From NCBI GenBank assembly GCA_004022145.1, contig RCNU01000002.1: a stretch of DNA of 64,000 nt; one strand, 5' to 3'. Origin of the DNA: Paecilomyces variotii (taxonomy: Eukaryota). Below, one piece after another: positions 34,971-48,184 of the stretch. The notes beneath the pieces are model-generated. The model was given only the letters and a program-made list of their open reading frames with translations, did no database searches and was not told the origin of the DNA. Numbering within the stretch: the first letter of the stretch is position 1; each line of letters starts with the position of its first letter. The translations under genes and the position numbers were made by a program.

Positions 34971-37076
34971 ATGACTCAACTCTTCACGTCGAACAACACG
35001 CCTGCGGTGGGCTCTGAGAAGCGCGGCAACTTTCCGGGCATCTCTCTCGCCTCCAGGAAACATTCGGGCGACTCGAACAGCAGCCACCTGCCTGCGAGGA
35101 TCAAGAACTTTTTTCGAATCAACAGTAACGGCTCCCACGGTAGCAATCAGAATAGCAATGACCGCGATCGGGAAGGGGGCCAGTTGCCGGCTCTGAAGAT
35201 CGAGCCAAAGGAGTCCAAATCCACCTTCAAACAGTCTCGTTTCCTGCCTACAATCGGCCGTAATCGCTCCGCCACGGTTGCCAGCGAAGGAAACCCGCTC
35301 GATGACGGCCTCTCACCTACCGCTAATGCCAACCCATACTTTGCTCACCAGGGCCAGCCAGCCCTGCGCCATCGCAACGAAGGCTCCGTACCCTCCTCTC
35401 CGCCAGACACCCCCGAGCTTCAGGTCGAGGGAATCTCTCCTGAGGACCAGGCGACAACTGCAGGAAAGGAGGAACTGGCGCGGAAGCTGCGTCGAGTCGC
35501 ATCGGCGCCGAACGCCCAGGGGCTCTTTTCCGGAAACAAGGCCGATGAGCGACCTAACACGGCGGAGCTTGGAAAGGAACCCTTAATAGAACATCCGGGA
35601 GACAGTCCTAAACTCAGCCTCGTCGATCAGTCGGGAGAATCGAGCCCGTCTTTGCCTGTGCCCAAACTTGGCCCAGATAGCAAGCTGCCTTCCCCTGGCC
35701 AGATCAGAAACTCAGTTGCCTTTAGACGGACCTATAGCTCGAATTCGATCAAGGTCCGCAATGTGGAGGTCGGTCCTGGGAGCTTCGACAAGATCAAGCT
35801 CATTGGAAAGGGAGATGTGGGCAAGGTATATCTGGTTCGAGAGAAGAAGTCGAGTCGGCTGTATGCCATGAAAGGTGAGACAGTTGGCTTTGGGAAAGCG
35901 TTCCTTCGAGAATGTTCAAATTTCTGACTGAACTAGTTCTGAGCAAGAAGGAGATGATTAAGCGTAACAAGATCAAGCGTGCGTTGGCAGAGCAGGAAAT
36001 CTTGGCTACCAGCAACCATCCCTTTATCGTGACGCTGTATCACTCGTTCCAATCGGAAGACTATCTTTATCTCTGTATGGAATATTGCAGTGGTGGTGAA
36101 TTCTTCAGAGGTATGCGATGGACGTTTCCTAGGTATTCTCATTTGGCAGATGATTAACGCTGTATAGCCCTACAAACACGCCCGGGAAAATGCATCCCAG
36201 AGGACGACGCTCGATTCTATGCGGCAGAGGTAACGGCAGCTCTGGAGTATCTCCACCTGATGGGCTTCATCTACCGTGACCTAAAACCGGAAAACATCCT
36301 GCTTCACCAGTCTGGGCATATCATGTTGTCTGACTTCGATTTGTCCAAACAATCTGGTCCTGGCGGTGCCCCTACCATGATCCTCGGACGCAACGGGACT
36401 TCGTCGACCTCTCTACCCACCATCGACACCAAGTCGTGCATTGCTGATTTCCGCACTAACTCCTTCGTGGGCACGGAGGAATATATCGCTCCAGAAGTCA
36501 TCAAGGGATGTGGCCACACCAGTGCGGTAGACTGGTGGACCCTGGGAATCTTGATCTACGAGATGCTCTACGGGACTACGCCATTCAAGGGGAAGAACCG
36601 CAACGCTACTTTTGCAAATATCCTGCGGGACGAGGTTCCCTTCCCCGAACACTCGGGGGCACAGCAGATCTCAAAGTAAGTCTGGGGCGCTTAGTATTCT
36701 GACATGGCGATGGTGCTAATATTATGACAGTCTCTGCAAGTCTTTGATCCGTAAACTTCTCATCAAAGATGAGACGAAGCGACTGGGTGCCCGTGCAGGT
36801 GCCTCAGATGTCAAGACACACCCCTTCTTCCGACAGACCCAGTGGGCTCTGATCCGTCATATGAAGCCGCCAATGATCCCGCATCAAGGCCGTGGGATCG
36901 ACACGAGCAACTTCCGCAACATGAAAGAAAGCGCAAGTGTCGATATTGGCGGAAACAGCCCGAGCAAGATGAAGGGCGTCCCGATGGACTCTGGACTTTC
37001 TACTCCTGGTGGAGAGATCGCGGATCCGTTTGAGGAATTCAACAGTGTGACATTGCACCATGATGGTGATGAGTGA
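34971..37076 (+). CDS. nrc-2: AGC Ser/Thr kinase of the Nrc-2 / Fpk1-Kin82 (flippase kinase) family
   Basis: [24 protein letters not shown] (DFD is typical of this family) and [14 protein letters not shown] motifs; three introns. Confidence 0.95.
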
Positions 37077-38470
37077 TAATCACTGCCGTCGATATGATCT
37101 TTTCCAAGACATAGGGTAGGTCCGCTCTTCAGCTTGAGGGCCAATGCTGCATTCACAAGGACGGACCCTGCGGTCTAGACCATGACGAATAACGGTATAT
37201 GCGCTGAAAGAAGTTTTTCGGTCGGTCTCATAGTCGGCGTTTTGGGAGTGATTTGGAATCTGGCTGGTTTGCCTTGCGTGTGATGTCTTTGTGTGCTTTA
37301 TTGCTGGCTCTTTTATGCGAAGTAGAAGGACGTTTGATCCGACGCTTTCATCTAGAACGTCTCCACTAATTGTTGGCTCGAGGTCCCGAGTGCTTCAGCC
37401 ACGCTGTTCTGGCCGCAGAGGCCTCGACCGTGCTGGTGCGTTTATCAACCCAGCAAATTTGCTTTTCATCTTACGGTCTCTGGAACTTATTGTTGATGGA
37501 TACGGTTTGCCTCGCCCCATACAGTTTCTTCCTTGTTCCCTTACGAAAACGAGACTACCTGTGTCTTTCTAGGCGTGACTACACGCTTTACACGCTTCTT
37601 GCAGAGTATGGCGTTTCCGACCCCGTTCCCCTTCTTGTTTCTGCTTTTCTTTGCTTCTCATGAGAAGCCGTGTGCGTTATGAGTACACTTGCTGTTCATT
37701 CTAGCGGTGACGAGACCAGATGAGACAAGATAAGATGAGATGCATTGATCTTGACCTTTCTCTTTTTTACTATGTGCAGTCTTGGTCTTTTGCCAGATTG
37801 GCCAGATATCTGGGCCTTTCCATCTTCCTCATGGCGGCCCGATTCCCACTCCAGCAGACTGATATCGAGTACTGTATCGATGATACATGCAGAAACCTAG
37901 CGCCATGTCAAATTGTAGCACTGTATTTTATTATTACTAGTTAAAGACCATTTGAGAGCAAAGACCAGTGTTAGTAAAACTATCCATTAACTAAAATGAT
38001 CCAACCTTCGAACAGGCCTCATAGCAAGTAGTGCGCCTACCTTTGAAGTTCGACATGAGCGGACTGCCCGCCCGTGCTAAAACGCGTCCTTGGAGTTGCA
38101 ATATCTCCGCCCCGCGCGGACAGAAACAATTGAACTGCCAGTCTCCCCTCACCGCCCCAAAACTACACAATAATAGCAAAGCGCTGACTTAAGAGCACTG
38201 CAGTCTTAGCTGAGAAGACGATCGTCGTTGTCATTGTTTTTTCTTCTCTGAATATACATACCATTGGGGTACGATCTGGTACCTCCTTTTTCTCTTTCCT
38301 GGCTTGTCCCCCACCTGCAGCCTTCCACCTGCCAGAGACTACGAACGATCGAAGTTGTACACCATAACCGGACAAGACAAGACAGCTCTAATTGCTTCTC
38401 AGGAGCAGCAATAGAGTAAAGCAGAAGACCACCAAAAAAAGAAAGAAGAAAAAGGAAAAAAAAAGAAACC

Positions 38471-38960
38471 ATGTCCGGCGACGACACTACCACAAACCTC
38501 ACTTCCTCCACGACAGAGAACCCCCTCCTCCGTCCATCCAATCCATTAGTCTCGGATCTCGAACAAGAAGTCCTAGATGAATATACACGATTACTAGAAA
38601 ATGTGAATAAGGTTAGTTTAGTTATTCCCCCTCATCCCTCTCCCCTCATCCCTCTCTCCTCATTTCTCTCTATTCTTGAAGACCATACTAACCACCAATA
38701 TTCTATCCTTCCCCCTACAGCTTTCCGACAAACTCGCCGATCTATCAGGAAACCCATCATCAATGACTCTCGATGGACTTCGTCTTCTCGAACGCAAAAC
38801 CGCTACCGTGTGCACGTTACTCAAGGCCAGTGTGTATAGTATCGTGTTGCAGCAGCAGATCTATAACGATGAGGAGAATAATGAGGTTGGTGGGGATGGT
38901 GGGGCCGGTTATGAGGGAGATGGTTATACTATGGGGATGGGTGATGTTACGATGAGTTAG
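38471..38960 (+). CDS. dad3: DASH/Dam1 complex subunit Dad3
   Basis: LEQEVLDEYTRL...LDGLRLLERKTATVCTLLKASVYSIVLQQ; intron about 38612-38720. Confidence 0.9.
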
Positions 38961-39645
38961 GAGGGGGTGTGTTTGTTTGGAGATGGGATGAGGGCGCATA
39001 CTTTTTTTTTCTCTTTTTCGTTTCGTTTTGTTGTGTTGAAAGACGCATGAATACCCGGGTTTCATTGGGCTGGCGTTTGTGTCGAGGGTGTTTATACATT
39101 TTCTGATTGAGGATGGGGTAGATGTTGTTGTTTTTATTACTTTGGAAGTGTATAGGGCTGCGAATGCGATCGTATAGTACATACTTCCTAAAGACAGGTT
39201 GATGAGATTTGTATACTGTACAGTTGTTTTGTGTTGTTTAGTTGGGATCAGATGAACACGTCTGAAAAGATCCGTGAAGACACTTAGCGTAATCTAGCTT
39301 CAATGGATATCTATTTTTCCTTCGTAGTCTTTTTGGATAAAGGGGATGATCCTATGCAGTTACAAGTACATGTGAATATGAAATCAAAAAATGGAATTAC
39401 GTACAGCACCGGGCAGAAAAAAGACGGTTGGAAAATGAAATGACAGCATCTTCTCTGACTCCGTGCCTGCGCTTTGTGTATCGTGCCCATACTCGTACAG
39501 CCCATCTAAGCATGCCAGATAGAAAGGCGGCCAAAGAAAAAAATAAAGCCTAATCCATATCAAAACAGTGGCTCGTTATATAGAAGTGGCTCAAGCAACC
39601 CGCCAGCCTGTCAAGGACAAGGGATAGAGAGGAATGAGGGTACAT

Positions 39646-40946
39646 TTAGACCCTGCCGGCGTAGTAGACCTTCCGCACATCGACCAGCTTCTTGCCCCTG
39701 GCGCGGGCAACGTCCTCTGGGTTCCGCTGGCTCATCAAGGCCTCGTAGGCGGCCTTCACCGTGTTCATGGGGTTCCTCGAGCGGGTGACTCGTGCAGCCA
39801 GATCATGAATACCGGCGGCTCGGCACATTTCGAAGATCAAGTGCTGACAGCGGAGACCAAAACCTGAAAGCAAGCATCACTCGTTAGTCAAGAACTCTAG
39901 ATATGATACGGAAAGGACGAAGCCATACCTGGAGGACGGTTCATCAATAGCAGCTCGACAGCTCCAACCTTTCCTCGGACATCACCGAAGATAGTACGGT
40001 TCTCATAACGTTGGATCGGCTGCATGTTTCTGATGGCTCGGTACTTGGATTGTGTCATCGCATCGCCCGACTCTTCGGACTTGGCCTCTCCAATACCGAG
40101 GAGACCATTGCCGTTACCGGCAATTGACAGACAGTACTGTCTGCGGACCTTACCCAGACGTGTCTGGTTGACGACTGCGTGCGAAACCAGAGTCTTCAGC
40201 TTCAAAGACCGGATCATGTCGGGAGTGTAACCAGTGGCCTGGAGTAGGCGCTTCAACGCATCCGTCATTTCCTCCGACTCCTTTCCTTTCTGTTCGCCCT
40301 CCTTGACGGCATTCTGGGGCCTGGGGTCTTGAGTCAGAGACTCTCCCTCCTTGAACAGCGGCGGCACCAGCGCAGTGTGTGGGTTGAGCTCATTCTCCTC
40401 CTTGCCCTTGGTCAAGCGCAGGGTCTCCGCGAAACGGACCCAGTCAGCCGCGGTTGCATTTTCAGGCATCTCTGCGAAGAAGCGAGCAAAATCGGCGGCG
40501 AAGTCATCATCATCCTTGAGTTCCGCGTTGTAGTCGGAGTTGGACTCGGGTGCCCGGACGTGCTTGTCGACCACCGGCTCGATTGTTGAGAAGTCGTCCA
40601 GATATTGGAGCTTCATAGGATCCCTTCGGATTGCAAACTGCTCTGCCAGGTCCTTCGGGTCGATCGCAGACTCACCAGCCTCGATAGCGGCGATCTGAGC
40701 CTCCGAATACTCCTCGGAAAGACGCGCCTTCTCCTCCTCGGTGTACGGCTTGAAGTCCTCCGGCTTGAGATCGCGAGTGATATCCTGGATATTCTTCAGA
40801 TCGGTCGCCTTGATATTCGGGTACTTTGGCTTCCGGTCAAACTGTGCAGCTGATACAGAGAACTGTCGTCGAGGCACGCGAGCGCCGGTATTGACAGTTC
40901 GAGAAAAGCTGCAGAACAGACATCGTGCCGACCGTGAGACGCTCAT
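39646..40946 (-). CDS. mrps5: Mitochondrial ribosomal protein uS5m (Mrps5)
   Basis: Mitochondrial presequence; VVNQTRLGK, AGNGNGLLGIGEAKS, RYENRTIFG, RPPG|FGLR and RSRNPMN motifs; one intron about 39927-39865. Confidence 0.92.
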
Positions 40947-41238
40947 GGCGACGACTTGTTGTGCTCTACCCCCAGAAAGGGCCCTCTGCAAGCCCCAATG
41001 GATGGCAGATGAGGCAGGGGAACGAGGTGGTGGTGGTGGGTGTTCCTGGTGGAGGAGCAGAGCAGCAAGAGGATTGCCGGGATGAAGTTCGGAGAAAGAC
41101 AAATTCTCATGGAGCGATTCGGCCTCTCACCGTCCGCGCATTTCGCCTTAGCCTTTCCCTAAAGATTATTTCCCCCGGCGCAAACCACCCCGCTTCGTTC
41201 TTTTTTTTCTTTTCCCCCACGGCGACTTTGTCTCCTTC

Positions 41239-43035
41239 ATGTTTAGCAGGTTATTTCCTCGTGGTCTTTCCTGTATCCATTCGAGTTCTGCGCTTAATAT
41301 TGCACGACGCAACCTCCACATCTCCTACCAGCCAACGAACCAGCTTCCTCCGCGGAATGCGCAGTTCCGCGCCGCAGTGATGCCTCACCCTGCAGATAGA
41401 CCACGACACGAATCGAAGAGACGGAGAAAGGCGGCGGAGAAAGCAAACAAAGGAAGCGGCTTCGATCAGGTCCTTCAGCTTGATATCGACAACCTGCTGA
41501 AGAAGAGCAGAGAAGAGAAGGACCAAGATGGCGAGCAAGCGACTGGCGCAGTGCAGCTGCCCGAACCATTTACAGAGATTGAAGTGAAGATCACAGAGCT
41601 GTCCTCGACTGGAGATGGTCTTGCGCTCACTGATAACGGCGACCATGTCTACGTTGTGCCATTTACCGTTCCTGGAGACAAGGTCCTCATCAAGGTCATC
41701 AGACACTTCCGAGATCTTTCCTATAGCACGGCGGACTTTCTGAAGGTTATCGAACCGGGCCCTCAAAGGAACGATTCTCTTATAGGATGCGGCTATTTTG
41801 GAAAATGCTCTGGGTGTCAATTGCAAATGCTGCCGTATCAGGAACAACTCGCCCACAAGAAGAAAATCGTCGAGAAGGCATATGCCAACTTTTCTGGTCT
41901 GATCCCGGAACTAGTGCCTGCTATCGATGATACCTTTGGCTCTCCTCTGCAGTACGGCTACCGGACGAAGCTCACGCCGCACTTCACCACACCTGGAGGA
42001 TTCTCCCGGAACAAGAAAAACAATAAACCTAAGGACCCTGCTGATATTGAGATCCCCCCAATTGGATTCACAATGAAGAACCGACGAACCGATATGGATA
42101 TTGAGGATTGCCCTCTGGGAACAGATATCGTGCGCAGGGGTCTTAAGAGGGAAAGGAAGAGGGTTATAGAGAACATCCAGGAGTTCTCCAAGGGAGCCAC
42201 GCTCCTTATGCGTGAGTCTACGACACGCGTGAAGAAGGAAGCGGCGAACAACAAAGAATCGAACGGGACAGCAAAGCAACCGGTCGAACAGAAGGATGGC
42301 CAAACGTCGAATTCCAAAGATGATGAAGACGTTATCCGTATTGAGCACCCGGATTATATCGAAGAGAAACGCTGCATCACTGACAACAATGCTACCTCTA
42401 TCGAATATATCGACGATTTCATCTTTACGAACAAAGCTGGCGCTTTCTTCCAGAATAACAACTCCATCCTCTCCGGTTTCACCGAGTACATCCGCCAACA
42501 CGTCCACCCCAAGAATCCCCGCCCCGACGAGAAGCCCATCAAGTATCTCCTCGACGCATACTCTGGCTCTGGCTTGTTCACCATCACCCTGTCTACCCTC
42601 TTCAAATCCTCCCTAGGTGTTGATGTTGCAGGCGACTCCATTGCCTCCGCACGCCAGAATGCCCGCGCCAACAATCTCAGCAACACCGGCTTCGCAGCCG
42701 CAGATGCAACCACCCTCTTCAAGGATGTCCCCTATCCTGCCGACCAGACACTGCTAGTCATCGACCCTCCCCGCAAGGGCTGCAGTGATGACTTTCTCAA
42801 TCAGCTACTCGAGTACGGCCCCAGACGCGTCGTGTACGTGAGCTGTAACGTCCACACGCAGGCCCGTGATGTCGGTGTCATGGTCCAAGGAGACAAGGAG
42901 GGCAAATGCCGTTATGAGATCGAGAGTATTCGAGGCTTTGACTTCTTCCCGCAGACGGGACATGTCGAGGGCGTGGCCATCCTGAACCGGGTACATGAGC
43001 CAACTGCTGCTCCGACTGTTTCCATCGAGTCATAG
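41239..43035 (+). CDS. trm2: tRNA (uracil-5-)-methyltransferase Trm2 (TRAM domain + RlmD/TrmA fold)
   Basis: CGYFGKCSGCQLQ, YGYRTKLTPHF, AFFQNN, DAYSGSGLF, IDPPRKG, YVSCN and DFFPQTGHVE motifs. Confidence 0.93.
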   Translation: MFSRLFPRGLSCIHSSSALNIARRNLHISYQPTNQLPPRNAQFRAAVMPHPADRPRHESKRRRKAAEKANKGSGFDQVLQLDIDNLLKKSREEKDQDGEQATGAVQLPEPFTEIEVKITELSSTGDGLALTDNGDHVYVVPFTVPGDKVLIKVIRHFRDLSYSTADFLKVIEPGPQRNDSLIGCGYFGKCSGCQLQMLPYQEQLAHKKKIVEKAYANFSGLIPELVPAIDDTFGSPLQYGYRTKLTPHFTTPGGFSRNKKNNKPKDPADIEIPPIGFTMKNRRTDMDIEDCPLGTDIVRRGLKRERKRVIENIQEFSKGATLLMRESTTRVKKEAANNKESNGTAKQPVEQKDGQTSNSKDDEDVIRIEHPDYIEEKRCITDNNATSIEYIDDFIFTNKAGAFFQNNNSILSGFTEYIRQHVHPKNPRPDEKPIKYLLDAYSGSGLFTITLSTLFKSSLGVDVAGDSIASARQNARANNLSNTGFAAADATTLFKDVPYPADQTLLVIDPPRKGCSDDFLNQLLEYGPRRVVYVSCNVHTQARDVGVMVQGDKEGKCRYEIESIRGFDFFPQTGHVEGVAILNRVHEPTAAPTVSIES

Positions 43036-44409
43036 ATGAGCATGTACTATCTCTCAAAAGTGCACAGGTTGGCGTTATGGGTCATTAAAAAAGAGGGGAA
43101 ATGGGTTTTATCACAGCGCTCTAATTTGTATATATGACAGCCCAGCATTCTCGGGAAATCTTTCCCAGGTAAGAAAAGTAGTATAATATTTTGGATTCAG
43201 CTTATCTTATCTACATAGCTCTGCGAAGACAACGAACTAACTTTTACTGTCAATGTACGATCCTGGGAGATCTTTGACCGGCAAAGTTTTAAATATATCC
43301 TTACTGCTGGGCCCTCGTACTCCCTAATACACAGCTTATGTAACAATGTTTCCCCATGGTCGGCGAGATTGAATATGCATGAAGCTGACATTGATTCGCT
43401 TGGGATGGAGAAGTTCTGTAGACTCGTCTTCGAGTACGTTATTCTCAATTGAGTGCACTAGTTGTTAACGAAGCCCAGTACTGTATACGAGACCGAGAAT
43501 ATGCAAAATACAACGGTTATCAATGCTTGCATGCGCTCGCGCTCCTATCATGATTTATAACTTGTAGCTAACTATCTACTTGCATAAGAAGAACCTGCGA
43601 ATTTTACAAGAAATATGACAAGCTTCCTTAGTATGTCCTGTGGTCACCAGACCCTAGCTCTTCCAAGTCTTTCAAAGAGGAGAACAGTAAGCAAGAATAG
43701 GAGAATAGTATTATTAGCTACTAGTTATCGGTATTTTCTAGAATTCACGAGCGCCTTTCCTGATTACGATGTGCCCGCCATCTACATAACATGCAGTCAC
43801 TAAGGAGAATCATGGTTATGTTCAGGGAAAGAGTGAATCAACATAAAAGCCAGGTCCATGTAATACTGGAAGTCACCCTGGCCATATATTCATTTCATGC
43901 CTTCATCGAGATTATGTCGGCTTCAAGCAGGAATAGAGTAGGATTGTGGGAAAGCCCCGCCGCAGCATGTTCACTCTACTCATGCCTTCACTTCTGGTTA
44001 ATTTCCGCTTGCCTTCTTCCTATCTGTTGGGCAGGGTCCTCCGGAAGTCATATTATTTCACTGTTACTCAAGAACAGGTATGTACATTCATCGGCTCTTT
44101 TCCTTACACGCGACTTTCATTCTTGCCTATAAGTACCCCTCTTCTTTCTGACCTTCGCTCTACCAGGTTACTATCCCCTCATATAGTTGGCACTCTTAGT
44201 CTATGTAGACTGGAGAACATATCTTATATATCTATATCTTCTAGTTCCTTTTTCTTATCTAGTCTTTTGTTTATTTGTCTTTATATTAAAGAAATTCACT
44301 CTCAGCCTGTAGAGTTAGAGACTTAGACCCTTTCCGCTATTGTCAAGACTATATGCGAGCCACAAGTCTCAAGGCAAGATGCCTATGAGGTGGTCGCCGC
44401 GCGCCCTTC

Positions 44410-46454
44410 CAAGGGTCTCCCCAGGGACCGGTAAGTCTTGTCTCCTTATGGTTGTAATTTGAGCACAGGAATCATCCATTATTAATAGACATTTAGTGTG
44501 CTTCTCATCTCCAGGATGGCAAAGAGCTATACCTCTCCATCGCCCTGTACGAGGGGGGTACAAAAGGTACCTGGTGGGGAACTAATATAAACAAGCGGAA
44601 CGACATGGACAAGTTTGCGAAGCAAAGAATCAATAAGCAGCGTGGCGATTTTCTAGTTACTAGAGGTAAGGTACCTATCTATCGATGTATAAAGCAATAT
44701 TAACGAAGAACAAAAGAAACGACAAAGACACCACCATGGCTATAAAGAAATGAGGACGATCGAAGAGTCCTAACTCTCCTTCAAAGCGAAGGGCATTAGG
44801 GGAAGTTCCGCCAGAAGTAAGGTGTTCTTAATGACATATCGTTGCTGCCTAGGCTATTTTTTTATTATTTAAAGACATAGAATGCAGTTGTCGCCCACAC
44901 ATACTCGGTATCACCCACCCAAAAAACACGAGTCGATAAACGACATCAAGGAGGAAATTTTGCATCCAAACGACGTCGAGATGAACTCCAGAAAGAAATT
45001 CATCGGAAATCGAGAAGGCCTAAGCCTACTGGCAGAGAAGAGTGACGTCGACACCGAACTATTCGTCCTCAGAGCGGCCACACTCAACGAGTGGACAAAC
45101 CAGAAAGCCGAAAATCGAGAAAATATAAATGAGAGAGACTTGACAGTTCACGGCGGCAAGATCGTCGCTGATATAATGACTATCAAACGTTTTTCTAAGC
45201 TTCCAAGAATGGAAGATCGAGTCCAGAAATGGACTATAGCATTCTGCAACTTCTACGGAGTCTCCTTCAAAGACGTTGAAACAAAAGATATTCCGCCTCA
45301 ATTGAGGCTCGTCTTCAATCGACGGGCCACTGTCTGCACGTTATATATATGGCAGACACATCGCAATAAGGAAAGACGCTCGCGAATTCTAGAAAATGCC
45401 GATACTATTATTCGAAGCTGGTTGAATAATAATGATGTGGGTCTATTCGCAGAAGGGTCTCATGTGCTGAAGCTTTGTGATAGAATTGATGAAGACTGGC
45501 TTTTAGGCTATGTCTAGGTAGCGATCAGCAATAGATTTCCACGCGAATTATGTCATTGTGGAAGAAGCATCCCAAATGTCCGAGACGATGTGCCTAAATG
45601 GCATCGTGAGACATTTTGCTTCCGCAAAGAAAATACTCCTTAGTGGCGCAGTTACCTCCGACTGTTACTTCTATGCATCGCAATGAGTGCTAGTTATGAG
45701 TCGGAGCGGATGTCACTTTTTGAACGACTGATGAAATCTGGACACCCAGCAGTCCAGTTACGTATCAAGCATAGGATGCACCCTCACATCTCCAGATTTG
45801 TTTCCGATTAATTCTATGGCGGTAGTCTTAGAGATCATCCTACTTGCCTGGATCGTCCTCTGGCGAAATACTTCCGTGAGCAAATGACGAAATATGCACC
45901 TCAATGCGACCCCGGAAACTCGTATTTCATTTCTATTGAGAATTCTACCGTCTGGCAAAGGAAGGGATTCCATTCGATGTTCAATCCTGATCGTACACCT
46001 TGTTCGCATGCTTCTTGCGACGGGGCTTCCACAGGACAAAATGTTGATTTTGTCCTACTATTCAGAAGAACGTCGCATTCTCTCTGAGATTCTGAATGGG
46101 TCATACGGGTATAAGAATGTCGAGATTTCTAGCGTCGACTCCGCTCAGGGAAAAGAAAAGGATGTCGTTATCGTCTCCACGTGCCGTCCTGGTGGTAAGA
46201 TAGGTTTGGGCTTTGTGGCAGATAGGCAGCGACAATGTGTCGCCATGAGCGGTGCTAGAGACGGACTCATTCTTGTCGGCAATAAGAGGATGGGAAATGG
46301 CGGGCAGAGCTCTGGCCAGCAATGCTGGAAAGATGCCGTGAACTATTTTGCGGGCCAGCGCCGTCTTGTCAGTGTCCCTGGCAATCGCACAGCCATCCAG
46401 GAAAGGTTGAATATCCCTAACCCGCAAATCTTCTCCGAGGTTCATGGTCGTTGA
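44410..46454 (+). pseudogene. Decayed Upf1/Dna2/NAM7-like superfamily 1 helicase
   Basis: Walker A-like PGTGKS (44421-44438), Walker B YVIVEEASQ (~45549-45575), frameshifted LSG..QLPP, SLFERL, HRMHPHI, SVDSAQGKEKD and GFVADRQRQCVAMSGAR. In-frame stops at 45515 and 45809 and several frameshifts. Confidence 0.8.
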
Positions 46455-46674
46455 CTTGAAGATTGATAATCCTCCGGTGGAATAATCGCACAAGTCTGTC
46501 CAAGATAAGGAAGATTATGGGATTCAGTTAGAGATATTATTAGACTCGATAATACCAATCATCTATTTCAGTCTCTGCATTGGCCTGTATTTTGCGGTCT
46601 TATCCTATGATGTTAACTTTCTAGAAGTCGTAATATAACTATCGACAAGCGGAACTAAAAATTGGATATTTGCA

Positions 46675-48184
46675 CTAAGAGCTTCCCGGTCCACCCAGCA
46701 GCGCGAATCTCCGGACGATGCTGGGTCCAATCTCATCGTACTCGGCCTTGGTGTGGCAGTAGCTTCTGAATTCTGGCGTCTGGCCAAGCAGACTGCCTCC
46801 GAACCACGGTCCGTGCCTTTGGCGCTTGTGCGTGACGACCGCGACATCGAGACCACCACTCTTTGCTCCACCGCTGCGTGCCTCTGATGCGCGAATACGA
46901 GCATCCACGAGGTGTCGAATATCACGCTGGAGACGACGTCCAAAGTCCTTGTAGAGGGTCGAACCACCAGAAAGAACGATGTTCTTGTAAAGACCTCTTC
47001 GGACATCGATAGGCGATGACTGAATAACACCATCAACGACGACAGGGAGCGGCGTAAGGAAGTCAGAGGAATAGATTTCAGGGTTGAAGAAGATCTCCGG
47101 GGCGAGGAATCTTTCATATCCGATATCGATGGTCACAGAACGGCCGTTCGGGGAAGTAACGGTATGCTTCAGGAATCGGTCCGGTTCCCTGTCGTACCGG
47201 GCGAATTCCTTGACAATATCCGGGCACACGTAGCAGTATTCTTCCTTGACCTTCTCCGCAGTCTTCAGGCTGCTGTCAGCCTCACCTCGATCACGGAGCA
47301 AGCTCTGGACGAAGTAGGTAATATCTCTACCCGCAATGGGAATGCTCTTAATGGAGGATCCAATGACGTAGCCTTCCGCGACGGGAATGACATGGGTAAC
47401 ACCGTCACCAGAGTCAATCACAGTACCGGTAAGAGATCGGTCCGTGACCTTGGAAGAGGTCCATGATGCCGCCAGGGCAAGGACGGCCTGAACGGCAATG
47501 TATAAACCGGCACAGTTGAACGACTCGAACATGATCTCGGCAGTGTTCTCTCGGTTCTCAGGGGGGTTCAGAGGCTATATAGTAATTATAGTAAGCAGCT
47601 GCTAGGGATATGTTCGGAGCTAGCTGGAAGAGAATCGCTTACAGGCTCAGTGAGCAAGAAGTAGTGGTCTTCTGGCTCGACTCGCAGGTATTTGAAGATG
47701 GAGTTCGACCAGAACCGCTCCATGTGGTCCCAATTCTCAATCTGACCATGGCGGATAGGGTAGTTGATACCATAACCAGGGCCGTTCGCAGCTGCTAGCG
47801 CCTCGTCACCGATGAAGAAGTCCAGATCCTCAGTCCCCCGCTTCGTAGACAGGTGCGAGCTTGCCCCGCCACCGCCAGTTAGGTACGAGGGCTTGTTTGC
47901 AACTGCAGGTCGTCCTGTCGAGCTTCCAGCAGCTCCAGCAGCACCCTTGGTCGCGATTGCGGTTGGAAAGACGAACGAGGGAGAGTCGTTACCGGCGAAT
48001 CCTATTCCGATAGTCAGTCTCGAGGACAGCACCTGGACACACCGCTGATGCGATTGCACACACCGAGTTTGGAAAAACCGGTACCGCTAGGAGGGAAGAG
48101 AAGTCAGCTGTATATGTCTCATAAGAAGACTTTTGGATAAGTGACATACTTGTCCATGACAACGGCCGGGGTCTGGGTAGCCAT
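46675..48184 (-). CDS. arp3: Actin-related protein 3 (Arp2/3 complex)
   Basis: [39 protein letters not shown] and [14 protein letters not shown] motifs; three introns. Confidence 0.97.

Noticed and set aside
44431-44514. Canonical-looking intron GTAAGT...CCAG inside the island
   Set aside because: The donor overlaps the GTGKS Walker A codons and a motif Ia-like stretch follows in frame, so the helicase reading is preferred. It is not fully excluded.
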